Assembly: GCA_038087875.1 (NCBI GenBank)
Contig: CM075987.1
Location: forward strand, 25,174,001-25,238,000
Direction of reading: 5' to 3'
Length of the DNA stretch: 64,000 nt
DNA from: Malacoraja senta
Taxonomy: Eukaryota
The notes beneath the pieces were generated by a model. That model made no database searches, had not been told where the DNA came from, and saw only the letters and a program-made list of their open reading frames with translations. Of this stretch, positions 1-11,184 are shown piece by piece; position 1 is the stretch's first letter, and each line of letters begins with the position of its first letter. Both the position numbers and the translations under genes were made by a program.

Positions 1-80
1 TCCTTCGCTCCATGGATGCTGAGTTTCTCCAGCATTTTTGTCTATCTTCGATTTTCCAGCATCCGCAGTTCTTTCTTAAA
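1..80 (+). mobile_element. Penelope-like terminal repeat (pLTR) fragment, subfamily B, cut by window edge
   Basis: tccttcgctccat..gctgagtttctccagcatttttgtcta..cagttctttcttaaac matches the repeat at 25900-26008 and 51970-52074. Confidence 0.7.
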
Positions 81-565
81 CCTATCCTGACTGATGTTTC
101 TTCGGCAGGGAACCAGTCCATTCCTGGCATTCGTGCATTGAATCTACGCTGCAGGAAACTGCTTTCAATATATCAACATTGCTCCTTAGACCAACACAGC
201 ACATATTAGTGTAGATGTGGTTTTATGAATGCCTGATAAAACTGAATCGTAACCTGCTACTTTGCTATTCATTTCCATTGAACGTAAACATTACCATTCA
301 TTTTCACAGAATCACTCACTGGTATTCTAAAATATGTTTTTTCCCATTTCAATGTGACCCTTGATTGGTACCAGCCATGCATGAATACAGGCACTTCAGG
401 AAGAAGCCACCATTACTTAGCAAGACAACCCATCCATTTCAGATTTTGAAGTGGTTTGCAGATCTAACGTTCAAAATGTGTCGATCCCAATGAAGGAATT
501 AATCCATAAAAACCCGTCAATATTTACAGGTAATGTGAAACTGCTTTTAAGATTTGATGGTCTTT

Positions 566-774
566 TTAGACTTTAGAGATACAGCGCGGAAACAGGCTCT
601 TCAGCCCACCGAGTCCGCACCGACCACCAATCGCCCCGTACACTAGCACTATCCCACACACACGAGGGACAGGTTTTTTTTCTTCAACTTACCGAAGCCA
701 ATTAACCTACAACGCTGTGCGTCTTTGGAGTGTGGGAGGAAACCAGAGCACCCGGAGAAAACCCACGCAGGTCA
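566..774 (-). mobile_element. V-SINE (HE1-like), 5'-truncated
   Basis: Reverse complement of the V-domain (ttcctcccacactccaaagac) and the tail gctgtatctctaaa. Confidence 0.8.
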
Positions 775-1311
775 CGATTCTGTGCATCCATCTGGCCTGA
801 GAAGAAACCAGAGTTTTGCACATCTGTATGAAGTTTTCTGCAGTTAACCCTATCTCCTGCTTTTGGCTGGATTCCGACAATCCATAAATAATTCACTCTC
901 TGATGAGCTGAGTCCGGCAAATCTGCAGTTATCTGCTAACAATCTTGATGCTGTGAACAAAATAGCAATGGATTCGCCATGCTCCTTGGGTCAGAGATAG
1001 TGCGGTAATGGGCAACTATTTCAGTTAGGCAGGCTGCGTTGCCTTTTTAATGCACATAATATTGCACATTCTCCAGGGTCTCATTTGAGGAGTTATGGTC
1101 GGTACAATCCTTGCAAGCCATGAGCTCCAGTAACATCTTCATGATTTTTTCTTTTGCACTTTATCTGACAGCCAGCGTAAAATGGAATGAAAACCCTTCC
1201 TTCCACAATCACCAATCTTTGGAGGGGTCGTTTGTCTGGGATTGAGCAGCTTGCTAGACACAAAATGCTGGAGTAACTCAGCGGGACAGGCAGCATCTCT
1301 GGAGAAAACAT

Positions 1312-2039
1312 CACCAATGAACCACGAGTTACGTGACTCAATTGAAAAGGAGCAAACAAACACCTCAAGGCACTTAATGTGCAGGAAGGAACTGCAGATG
1401 CTGGTTTAAACCGAAGAAGGACACAAAAAGCTGGAGTAACTCAGCGGGACAGGCAGCATCTCTGGAGAAAAGGAATGGGTGACGTTTTGGGTCGAGACCC
1501 TTCTTCACACTGGTGCAGCAGTAGAGTTGCAGCCTCGCAGCGCCAGAGACCCGGGTTCGACCCCGACCATGGATGCTGTCTGCCCCTGTCTGCCTGCGTG
1601 TGTTTTCTTCAGGGCGCTCCAGTTTCCTCCCACACTCCAAACTCGTAGAGATATGTAGGTTAATTGGCTTGGTGTATGTATGAATTGTCCCTAGTGTGTG
1701 CAGGATAGCGTTAATGTGCGGGGATCGCTGGTCGGTGCGGACTCGGTGGGCCGAAGAGCCTGTTTCCGCGCTGTATCTCCAAACTAAACTAAACTTCCAC
1801 TGGCAGCGAGTTTCCTATGTTTACAGGAGCTATGAACGCAATCTGAAGAAGGGTCTTGACCTGAAACATCACCCATTCCTTTTCTCCAGAGGTACTGCCT
1901 GTCCCGCTGAGTTACTCCAGCATTTTGTGTCCTTCTTCGGTTTAAACCAGCATCTGCAGTTCCTTCCTGCACATGAAGTGGCTTGAGGTGTTTGTTTGCT
2001 CCTTTTCAATTGAGTCACGTAACTCGTGGTTCATTGGTG
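1312..2039. mobile_element. Inverted pair of PLE pLTRs (1378-1510 minus, 1842-1973 plus) with 66-bp inverted extensions, enclosing a V-SINE
   Basis: The arms are reverse complements; the non-repeat extensions 1312-1377 and 1974-2039 differ at 2 positions. Confidence 0.8.
1512..1793 (+). mobile_element. V-SINE (HE1-like)
   Basis: tRNA-like head with B box gggttcgaccc, V-domain, (AAACT)n tail. Confidence 0.85.
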
Positions 2040-2189
2040 TGAGCCCCACACACGAACTCAACTGGGACACATCATTGCTTGCAGTCAACATTCAGATTCA
2101 GGCATGGAATTTCATTAACATTTCATTAACCCTTTCTCACCATCGTTTTACTCATTCGGAGATCGTGGGGAATAGCCAGGAATTGGTAA

Positions 2190-2622
2190 GGGAGTGTGAA
2201 AACACCCAGCTCCAGATTCAGGGACAGTTTCTTCCATGAAACTGAAGAAGCAGTCTGAAGAAGGGTCTCGACCCAAAACGTCACCTATACCTTTCCTCCA
2301 GCGATGCGGCCTGTCCCACTGAGTTACTCCAGGTTTTTTGTGTCTATCTTCAGTTTCTTCCCAGCTGTTATTAAGCAATTGAAGCATCCTATGAACAACC
2401 AGAGAGCAGTCCTGAGCTGCTGTCTACCTCATTAGAGACTCTTGGACTATCTTTGATCCGACTTTATCCTGTGCTAATTGCTATTCACGTTATTCCCCTT
2501 CATCATGTATCTGTGCACTGTGGACGGCTCGATTGTAATCATGTATTGTCTTTCCGCTGACTGGGTTAGCACGCAACAAAAGCTTTTCACTGCACCTCGG
2601 TACACGTGACAACTAACTAAAA
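2190..2622 (+). mobile_element. Rex1/Babar LINE 3' end interrupted by a PLE pLTR fragment (2236-2350)
   Basis: Reads SRFRDSFF|PAVIKQL across the insertion; 11-bp direct repeat cagtttcttcc at 2225-2235 and 2351-2361; the 3' UTR recurs at 7400-7625 and 32760-32912. Confidence 0.7.
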
Positions 2623-3231
2623 TCAACTAAAAAACATTCACACATGTCTACACAACCATTCTGTCCCCCTGCAATCAGTCTGAAGAAGGGTCTCAACCCA
2701 ATCGTGTTCTCCAGAGATGCTGCCTGACCTCCTGAGTTACTCCAGCACTTTATGTCCTTTTGTGTATTTGCCAGCATCTGAAGTTCCTTGTTTCTGCACA
2801 AAGATATCTAGCAATACACAAAGACCAGTCGGTCATATGCCACAATTCTTTAAGGCCTGCAGAGTATTACATACTGTAGGTTACCTGCTACAGATGATAG
2901 GTCACCTAGTTTGAGAGTTTCTGAGAGTTGCTAGTCAAAAAAAAATGCTGATTAAGTTACTGATGCAATTTCCGGTGTGAACAATATTTCTATCCCACGA
3001 TTTCTTCAGGGCCGTTAAAAGTACACAACCTCTTCAATTCTTTTTGCGTTGGTACCAGTTCCATAGCCGGCTCTTTCCATTCACTCTTCATCTCTGATCC
3101 ACCTGGATGCCCTTTCGTGGCGTTCCAGAACTGGAGCATGCTTGCCTTTTCATCTTCGTAACAACTAGAGGGTGGACTTCGAACACGGCGCCAAAATACG
3201 GCACCGCCCAGTAGATTATCCCTGCAACATT

Positions 3232-3640
3232 TGTGTAGGAAGGAACTGCAGATGCCGGTTTAAACCGAAGATGGACACAATAAGCTGGGGTAACCCAGCG
3301 GGACAGTCAGCATCCCTGGAGAGAAGGGATGGGTGACGTTTTGCGTCGAGACCCTTCTTATGTCTGAAGTCTCCAGTCTGAAGGAGGGTCCCGAAGTGTC
3401 AAGGGCCTGTCCCAGTTGGCGATTTTCAAGTGTCGCAACAAAAAATGTTGCGACACTTGAGAAAACACCGCGCGTCAATACGTCATCACGCCGGGACTTT
3501 TTCGGTGACCTGATACGTCAGTCAATGATGCCGACAGTCGCCAAAAAAAAATCACCAAGTGGGACAGGCCCTCCACCCATTCCTTCTCTCTAGAGATGCT
3601 AACTGTCCCGCTGAGTTACTCCAGCTTTTTGAGTCTATCC
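3232..3640. mobile_element. Head-to-head PLE pLTR pair containing a MITE
   Basis: gtaggaaggaactgcagatg..gagacccttct followed by the inverted copy ctgaaggagggtcccgaa..gagttactccagc. Confidence 0.75.
3402..3572. mobile_element. PIF/Harbinger-type MITE
   Basis: TIRs agggcctgtccca / tgggacaggccct; 3-bp flanks tca / cca. Confidence 0.8.
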
Positions 3641-3711
3641 CTGGTCGGGGTGCTGTGAAACTCCACTGGACGGTTTGGAAGGAAAACCATTTCACTGTGT
3701 TAATAATTAAG

Positions 3712-3895
3712 ACATGTGACAATGGGGTTTTGGGGAGTGCCCGGGGAGGGGTCGCTCCTGTGGTGGGGGACATGTCGCGCTGTTCTGAGGGTCGTTCGTC
3801 CTTCCACCTTTGGTCTCCACCTGGCAGCCAGCTCTCACCTGTGGCTACAAGAAGCTGCCAGCATGTGACAGCGGGCACCCCTGAACTGACCAGTG
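3712..3895 (+). mobile_element. Probable RTE-clade LINE 5' UTR fragment
   Basis: ccacctttggtctccacctggcagccagctctcacctgtggct..gctgccagcatgtgacagcgg resembles vertebrate RTE 5' UTRs as I recall them; not searched. Confidence 0.4.
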
Positions 3896-3901
3896 TGATT
3901 A

Positions 3902-4122
3902 GACAATAGACAATAGACAATAGACAATAGGTGCAGGAGTAGGCAATTCGGCCCTTCGAACCAGCATCGCCATTCAATGTGATCATGACTGATCATCCCC
4001 AATCAGTACCCCGTTCCTGCCTTCTCCCCATATCCCCTGACTCCGCTATCTTTAAGAGCCCTATCTAGCTCTCTCTTGAAAGTATCCAGAGAACCGGCCT
4101 CCACCGCCCTCTGAGGCAGAGA
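3902..4122 (-). mobile_element. CR1 (HER1-like) LINE 3' end
   Basis: (ACAATAG)n tail and aggtgcaggagtaggc..tcggcccttcg 3' motif shared with 6505-7140. Confidence 0.85.
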
Positions 4123-4136
4123 GGGTTTCAACAACA

Positions 4137-4445
4137 GGGCGGCACAGTAGCGCAGCGGTAGAATTGCTGCCTTACAGCTCTTACAGCACCAGAGACCCGG
4201 GTTCGATCCCGACTACGGGTGCTGTCTGTACGGAGTTTGCACGTTCTCCCGTGACTGCGTGTGTGTGCTCCGGTTTCCTCCCACACTCCAGAGACGCACA
4301 GGTCTGTAGGTTAATAGGCTTCGGTAAAATTTGTAAATCGTCCCTAGTGTGTGTAGGGTAGTGCTCGTGTGCGGGGATCGCTGGTCGGCGCGGACACGGC
4401 GGGACGAAGGACCTGTTTCCGCGCTGTATCTCTAAACTAAATTAA
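4137..4445 (+). mobile_element. V-SINE (HE1-like), full length
   Basis: A box tagcgcagcggtag, B box gggttcgatccc, V-domain, tail ctgtatctctaaactaaa. Confidence 0.9.
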
Positions 4446-4743
4446 AAATTGAAGCATATGACGTTTTTGGCAAGACGCTGAAAACTTCAGAGACTGAGAT
4501 CGCTCAAAATAGTTTCGAGTTAGAAGATTGAAGATTACACCACACAACGGCCGCCACATGGATTTGTGGCTGTTTGATTTTCTTCCTCCAATCTTTATTT
4601 CTCTCTCTGAGCACAGTTTTCTTTTTGCTATTTTCTGTTATCTTTTAGCTTCTAATCTTTGGGACTCACGCTTTTCCCCAGAACAATCTCAAAAAGTAAT
4701 TCTTCCCATTGGCAACACACACCGCAAGCAGAAATTTCCGTTG

Positions 4744-5459
4744 GTTTAGATTAGAGAACAGGCCTGTCGGCCCACTGAGTCTGCGCCGACCAGCGATCCC
4801 CGCTCACCAACACTAAGAAGAAGCCATCACTGCCGGCCCGCGGCCAACTTCTACCGCGGGGCCGGCATGGACTTACCAACACCCCTGCAGGGGAGCTTCG
4901 ACCGCCGGCCCTGCAGTCTACGGTGCTTCTGGCTGCGGCGGAGACTTTAAATCTCGACAGCCGGCCTGCGGCCTACAACAACTTAAAGCCGTGGTCTCCG
5001 GTGAGGAAGAGCCGATCCTGGACTGACTCTGGACTCTGGTCCTGTCCACGGAGGGGAAATGGAGGAGGATTGGCCAATTTTTTGTGCCTTCCACCACAGT
5101 GTTGAATGCTGTGGTAGATGTTTGTGTTACTTTTTTTATTGTGGTTGTGTGTTCTTTATTATTGTATCGCTGCTGACAACCCAAAAATTCCACCAGCTTG
5201 GCTGTGTGGTCATTAAAATACTATAAAATACTATACTATACTACCCTACACACACTAGGGACAATTAACACATGCACTAGGCCAAATAACCGACATACCT
5301 GCACGTCTTTGGAGTGTGGGAGGAAACCGGAGATCCCGGAGAAAACCCACGCAGGTCACGGGGAGAGCGTACAAACTCCGTGCAGACAGCACCCGTAGTC
5401 GGGATCGAACCCGGGTCTCCGACATTGGCAACTCTACCGCTGCGCCACCGTGCCGCCCC
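4744..5459 (-). mobile_element. V-SINE split by an insertion at 4816-5240
   Basis: Tail half 4744-4815 and head half 5241-5459 join to the consensus (aacacta|ccctacacacactagg). Confidence 0.8.
4816..5240 (+). mobile_element. GC-rich non-autonomous retroelement, 5'-truncated, (ACTAT)n tail
   Basis: Interrupts a V-SINE; shares gcctacaaca and ggaggagga..ttttkgtgcctt motifs with 31881-32726. Confidence 0.55.
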
Positions 5460-5869
5460 ATACTCCTCATTTCTTTTTCTCAGCTATTCTTTCTCCTCTG
5501 CATGCAGATTTTCTATTTTCCCTTCTTTGAGTTTCGTTAACTAATTGTTCTTCTTTCGGAAACTGTCGTTGCAATCCCAAACATTCTTTACATCTCTTCA
5601 GAATCTGTTCCATTATTTTCCCCCTATTTTTCATCAACATACTCGTTGACTGTGACAGGTTTTTTCCAATAAATGATTGACTCGGCATATTGTCTCGGCA
5701 ATTTTCCTGCAATTCTAGTCTATTGCCGTGCAGTTGATTACCTGTTCAATTCAGCTCTATATATTTTGTACGGCTTCCTTTTGTGATTCAATTTTGCACC
5801 GTGATCTTTTCCTTTTCCTTTTCCTATCCTGTTAGTTCAAGAGGCATGGAGTCATGTTTAATTCAGTGT

Positions 5870-6435
5870 CGTGATAAAACCATGGAAATTGGGGCCTCCG
5901 GCCCACCATGACCGCACCAATCATCAATCAACCGTTCCATTTTCTCGCCCAGTCCTGACGTATTAGGGTACATTTTTAAACTAGAGGCCGATTAGCCTGC
6001 AAACCCGCACGTCTTGGGATGTGGGAGGAAACCGGAGCACCCGGAGGAAACCCACGCAGTCACAGGGAGAAACATGCAAACTCCGTTTGGACAGCAACCC
6101 ATGGTCAGGATTAAAACTTGGCTTTCTGGCGCTGTGAGCCAGCAGCTCCACCAGCTGAGCTGTGCCACTGTGCCTCTCGGCACTACTGTGCCACCCTGCA
6201 GAAAGAAATATAGCGCAGAAACAGGCCCTTCAATCCAACAAGTCCACTCAGACTATCCTAATCCCATTTTATCAGTGTCCCCAACAACCACCAGCCCCCC
6301 CCACCCCCCCCTTCCTTCCAGATTCTGCTAGGGACCAGAGCACCTAAAAGAATCCCACCAAGAAATGGGAGAAGGTGCAAACTTCACACAGAAAGCACCG
6401 GAGGTCAGACTTGAACCTGGATCACTGGAGCTATT
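5870..6435 (-). mobile_element. Two older, diverged V-SINE copies
   Basis: tgtgggaggaaaccggagcacccggaggaaacccacgc V-domain near 6020; degenerate second copy 6200-6435. Confidence 0.6.
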
Positions 6436-6504
6436 TCCTATTTATTTGCCCGGTTGTTTTATTTATATATACCGAACTTTTGGGGGGGGGGTTTTAATGG
6501 GTTT

Positions 6505-7140
6505 TACAGAGCAATAGGTTTCCATAGCAGGGAGGTTCTACTGCAGTTGGACAGGGTCTTGGTGAGACCACACCTGGAGTATTGCGTACAGTTTTGGTCT
6601 CCAAATCTGAGGAAGGACATTATAGCCATAGAGGGAGTGCAGAGAAGGTTCACCAGACTGATTCCTGGGATGTCAGGACTTTCATATGAAGAAAGACTGG
6701 ATAGACTGGGCTTATACTCGCTAGAATTTAGGAGATTGAGAGGGGATCTTATAGAAACGTACAAAATTCTTATGGGGTTGGACAGGCTAGATGCAGGAAG
6801 ATTGTTCCCGATGTTGGGGAAGTCCAGGACAAGGGGTCACAGCTTAAGGATAAGGGGGAAATCCTTTAAGACCGAGATGAGGAAAAACCTTTTCACACAG
6901 AGAGTGGTGAATCTCTGGAACTCTCTGCCACAGAGGGTAGTTGAGGCCAGTTCGTTGGCTATATTTAAGAGGGAGTTAGATGTGGCCCTTGTGGCTAAAG
7001 GGATCAGGCGGTATGGAGAGAAGGCAGGTACGGGATACTGAGTTGGATGATCAGCCATGATCATATTGAATGGAGGTGCAGGCTCGAAGGGCCGAATGGC
7101 CTACTCCTGCACCTATTTTCTATGTATCTATGTATCTATG
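6505..7140 (+). mobile_element. CR1 (HER1-like) LINE, 5'-truncated, ORF2 C-terminus still open
   Basis: LVRPHLEYCVQFWSP..EGVQRRFTRLIPG..FTQRVVNLWNSLP in ORF 6454-7041; 3' motif and (TATGTATC)n tail. Confidence 0.95.
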
Positions 7141-7399
7141 TAAAAATGTCATTGTTCCATTCAGGGACATACGTTAATAAAACACTCAAGGGTCAGGCAC
7201 TGGAGAAAGAGTCCACTCCGCCATTCAATCATGGCTGATCTATCTTTTCTCTCTCAAACCCATTCCACTGCCTGCTCCCCGTAACCCCTGACTCCCGTCA
7301 CTAATCAAGCAATGGAGCACGGTCACTGTGGCCCAGTGAGAAGCCACCAGAATTAACCATAATGTGCCAATGAGATGCAAAAAATGTTCCTATGTGAAA

Positions 7400-7625
7400 A
7401 ATGGTGGACTTTTGCAGCAATTGTTTCCCATGTGCTATCTGGCAAACTGAACCATCCTACCACAACGAGGGCGCAGTCCTGAGCTACTATCTTCCTTGTT
7501 GGAGAACCTCGGACTATCTTTGACTGGACTTGACTGGCTTTATCTTGCACTAAACGTTATTCCATTATCATGTATCTGTAACTGTGAGTGACACGATTGT
7601 GGTCACGTATTGTCTCCCCCGCTGA
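7400..7625 (+). mobile_element. Rex1-like 3' UTR fragment
   Basis: Colinear with 2351-2560. Confidence 0.6.
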
Positions 7626-7865
7626 CAGACACAAAATGCTGGAGTAACTCAGCGGGACGGGCTGCATCTCTGGAGAGAAGGAATGGGTGACGTTTTAACT
7701 TGTTTGGGCAGCTGACAACTAAAGGGGGTCTTGAGAAGGTTTGAGGGTCTCGACCCGAAACGTCACCCATTCCTTCCCTCCAGAGACGCTGCCTGACCCG
7801 CTGAGTTACTCTAGCATTTTGTGTCTATATTCGGTGTAAACCAGCATCTGCTGTTCCTTCCTACT
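7625..7865. mobile_element. Head-to-head PLE pLTR pair
   Basis: gacacaaaatgctggagtaactc..tgacgtttt, filler, then gggtctcgacccgaaacgtcaccc.. Confidence 0.75.
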
Positions 7866-8450
7866 TATTAAGAATCAGGAGTGTTTTATTGTCAGACATG
7901 ACAACCCAAACAAGACAATCACATTCTTACTTGCAATAGCTCTTGACTCTTGATGAAGGAGGCTACACTACCTACTTCACTGCTGGACTTTGATTCTTTC
8001 TCCACTCTTCAAGTTCTGATCTACCGCGAAGGAAAGTTAGAAGAGGGAGATAATGGTGCAGCCAGATCGAAATCAAATTGTATACAAGGCATCTGTTGAA
8101 CTTTTTTTTTTTAAGACTTGGCAGTTTCAGTTATGCTAGTCTAATTTCAGAAACAACCTGGTGATTCTCTCCAGCCAATCTGGTAGAAACAAAATATATT
8201 TGAGCGAATACAAGTATCCACCAGCCTCCCTCTTCCTCCCTCACATACTGGTTTAATTACATAAATCACAAATAAATCATTATTTTCTTGCCACTGACTT
8301 TGAAGCAGCGGGTTGCCTGGCAACTGTTCGCCCGTGAGGTTGTGTGTGCTCTTCTTGTGAAGATTTCCAATTTCAAATTGAACCTTGACTCTTCACCCAT
8401 GGTGTCTGACACATCAGTTGCCCCATTCTCTTGGAGTTGGGTCTACTTAG

Positions 8451-8897
8451 GGAGGGCACGGTGGCGCAGGGGTAGAGTTGCTGCCTCGCTGCGCCGGAGA
8501 CCTGGGTTCGATCCCGACCACGGGTGCTGTCTGCACGGAGTTTGTACGTTCTCCCCGTGACCTGCGTGGGTTTTCTCCGGGTGCTCCGGTTTCCTCCCAC
8601 ACTCCAAAGACGTGGAGGTAAGTAGTTTAATTGGCTTGGCGTATGTGTAAATTGTCCCTAATGTGTGTAGGATGGTGTTAGTGTGCGGGGATCACTGGTC
8701 GGTGCGGACTCGGTGGGCCGAAGGGCCTGTTTCCCCGCTGTATCTCGAAACTAAACTTCCACTGGCAGCGAGTTTCTTATGTTTACAGGAGCTATGAACG
8801 CAATCTGAAGAAGGGTCTCGACCCGAAACGTCACCCATTCCTTCTCTCCAGAGATGCTGCCTGTCCCGCTGAGTTACTCCAGCGTTTTGTGTCTAAC
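8451..8897 (+). mobile_element. V-SINE (8451-8756) + 48-bp spacer + PLE pLTR (8803-8897)
   Basis: Same three-part order and spacer as 1512-1973. Confidence 0.8.
8805..8832 (+). ncRNA. Minimal type I hammerhead ribozyme core in PLE pLTR
   Basis: CUGAAGA-A-GGGUC-UC-GACCC-GAAA-CGUC. Confidence 0.6.
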
Positions 8898-9357
8898 CAT
8901 GAGCGCAAGCCTTGTTCATAACGTAAACATTATGTTATCCTCGATATTAGAAAACAAAATAGCACGCGGAGAATTGATTGCCTTTCACTTCCCCCTTTGC
9001 TGTTTTGTTCCAGATCAATTTATTTTTAAATAATCTATGATCAAGCGTTACAAAACCTAATTAGAGGTGCACTGGTAATGATTCTTTTGTTATTGAAGTG
9101 CAGCTTTTGAAGGTCTGACAGGAGTAATCTCTCCAGAACGGAGATTGATTGAAATACAGTAATTATATACAGCTCCGCTTCCCTTTTGTCCATTCTTTCT
9201 GTTTCTGGAAATTAATTGTTTTAATTTAAGCTACAAAAGTATCTTCGCTATACTAGCCACACCTAGATTTACTGATCGATAACATAACAAATATTCTGTA
9301 TATATTTTTTGATTACAGTTATATTCAGTATGTATCAAAAAATATATACATATTTCT

Positions 9358-9361
<4 letters not shown>

Positions 9362-9437
<76 letters not shown>
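9362..9437. repeat. (TA)n microsatellite
   Basis: Direct reading. Confidence 0.98.
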
Positions 9438-9442
<5 letters not shown>

Positions 9443-10540
9443 CTCTGTGTCTCTGTGTCTCTGTGTCTCTGTGTCTCTGTGACCCTGTGTCTCTGTGACT
9501 CTGTGTCTCTGTGTCCCTGTGTCTCTGTGTCATGGTGTCCCTGTGTCTCTGTGTCTCTGTGTCTCTGTGTCTCTGTGTCATGGTGTCCCTGTGTCTCTGT
9601 GTCTCTGTGTCTCTGTGTCTCTGTGACTCTGTGTCTCTGTGACCCTGTGTCTCTGTGTCTCTGTGTCTCTGTGTCTCTGTGTCCCTGTGTCTCTGTGTCT
9701 CTGTGTCTCTGTGTCTCTGTGTCTCTGTGTCTCTGTGTATCTGTGTCTCTGTGTCTCTGTGACTCTGTGTCTCTGTGACTGTGTCTCTGTGTCTCTGTGA
9801 CACTGTGACTCTGTGTCTCTGTGACCCTGTATCCCTGTGTCTCTGTGTCTCTGTGTCTCTGTGTCTCTGTATCTCTGTGTCTCTGTGTCTCTGTGTCTCT
9901 GTGACTGTGTCTCTGTGACCCTGTGTCTCTGTGACTGTGTCTCTGTGTCTCTGTGTCTCTGTGTCTCTGTGTCTCTGTGTCTCTGTGACTCTGTGTCTCT
10001 GTGACTGTGTCTCTGTGTCTCGGTGACACTGTGACTCTGTGTCTCTGTGACCCTGTGACCCTGTGTCTCTGTGTCTCTGTGTCTCTGTGACCCTGTGACT
10101 GTATCTCTGTGTCTCTGTGTCTCTGTGTCTCTGTGACTGTGTCTCTGTGACCCTGTGTCTCTGTGACTGTGTCTCTGTGTCTCTGTGTCTCTGTGTCTCT
10201 GTGTCTCTGTGTCTCTGTGACCCTGTGTCTCTGTGTCTCTGTGTCTCTGTGTCTCTGTGACCCTGTGTCTCTGTGTCTCTGTGACCCTGTGTCCCTGTGT
10301 CTCTGTGTCTCTGTGTCTCTGTGTCTCTGTGACTCTGTGACCCTGTGTCTCTGTGACCCTGTGTCCCTGTGTCTCTGTGTCTCTGTGTCTCTGTGACTCT
10401 GTGACCCTGTGTCTCTGTGTCCCTGTGTCTCTGTGTCTCTGTGTCCCTGTGACCCTGTGTCTCTGTGTCTCTGTGTCTCTGTGACTCTGTGACTGTGACC
10501 CTGTGTCTCTGTGTCCCTGTGTCTCTGTGTCCCTGTGACT
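9443..10540. repeat. (CTCTGTGT)n 8-mer tandem array with variants
   Basis: Direct reading; source of the HRDTETQR ORFs. Confidence 0.97.
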
Positions 10541-10699
10541 CGGGTCAGTGTGAGCGTGCTGGCTGGGGATGGCTGACACCACTGCTCCTTGGTGTCCAGG
10601 CAGATCGCCTGACGCACGCAGGAGGTTGTGATGCGGGGACATGCAGCTGGTGGGTGGGAAACGTCACTGAAGGCAGTTGGCACTAACCTTCCTCTGCAG

Positions 10700-10802
10700 C
10701 CCGTGCGATGAGGTCCATGTGACGCAGATCGACACGACTCAGGACTACAACCTGTGGAAGGAGTGTCCAGTGAACAGTCCCTGTGATGATGCACATTGCT
10801 GA
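10700..10802 (+). CDS. Possible orphan coding exon (PCDEVHVTQIDTTQDYNLWKECPVNSPCDDAHC*), product unknown
   Basis: Branch-point-like cactaac (10681-10687), cttcctctgcag acceptor, GC3-rich open frame to TGA; no partner exons found. Confidence 0.2.
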
Positions 10803-11184
10803 CCTAACCTGGGCACACACACATGCATTTAGTGACTGCACATCAACTCTGATGAGACAAAGTCGACTGTCGAGTGTGAAACAGTTTTAGTTTAGTTTCC
10901 CGTTCCAGCATGGAAACAGGCCATTCGTCCCACTGAGGCCGTTCCAGCCATCAATAACCCTTTCACACTACTTGGGTTTGAGTTTAGTTTACGATACGAT
11001 GAAACTTTATTTATCCCAGGAGGGAAATTGATCTGCCAACAGTCACACAAGATGCATGAAATTGTAAAACCATGAATACAAGGTTTGTTGTCACATGTAC
11101 AGTGAAAAGCTTTTGTTACGTGCCAACCAGTGAGGGGAAAGGCAGTACATGACTTGCAATGAGCAATTTGAAAAGCCATTGAGT

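Noticed and set aside
2990..3170. Short stop-free minus-strand frame (..EDEKASMLQFWNATKGHPGG..)
   Set aside because: No recognisable family or convincing splice signals; about 60 codons can be open by chance.
3725..3880. Possible HDV-like fold in the RTE-like segment
   Set aside because: I could not assign consistent P1/P2/P3 pairings with a catalytic C by eye.
4137..4215. tRNA-like sequences with A and B boxes
   Set aside because: They are V-SINE heads that continue into the V-domain and LINE-derived tail, not tRNA genes.
5467..5712. 81-aa Lys/Glu-rich ORF
   Set aside because: Purine-skewed low-complexity DNA with no recognisable domain or exon boundaries.
9325..10794. 489-aa and 354-aa ORFs (HRDTETQR repeats)
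   Set aside because: Translations of the (CTCTGTGT)n array, open only because the repeat lacks stop codons.
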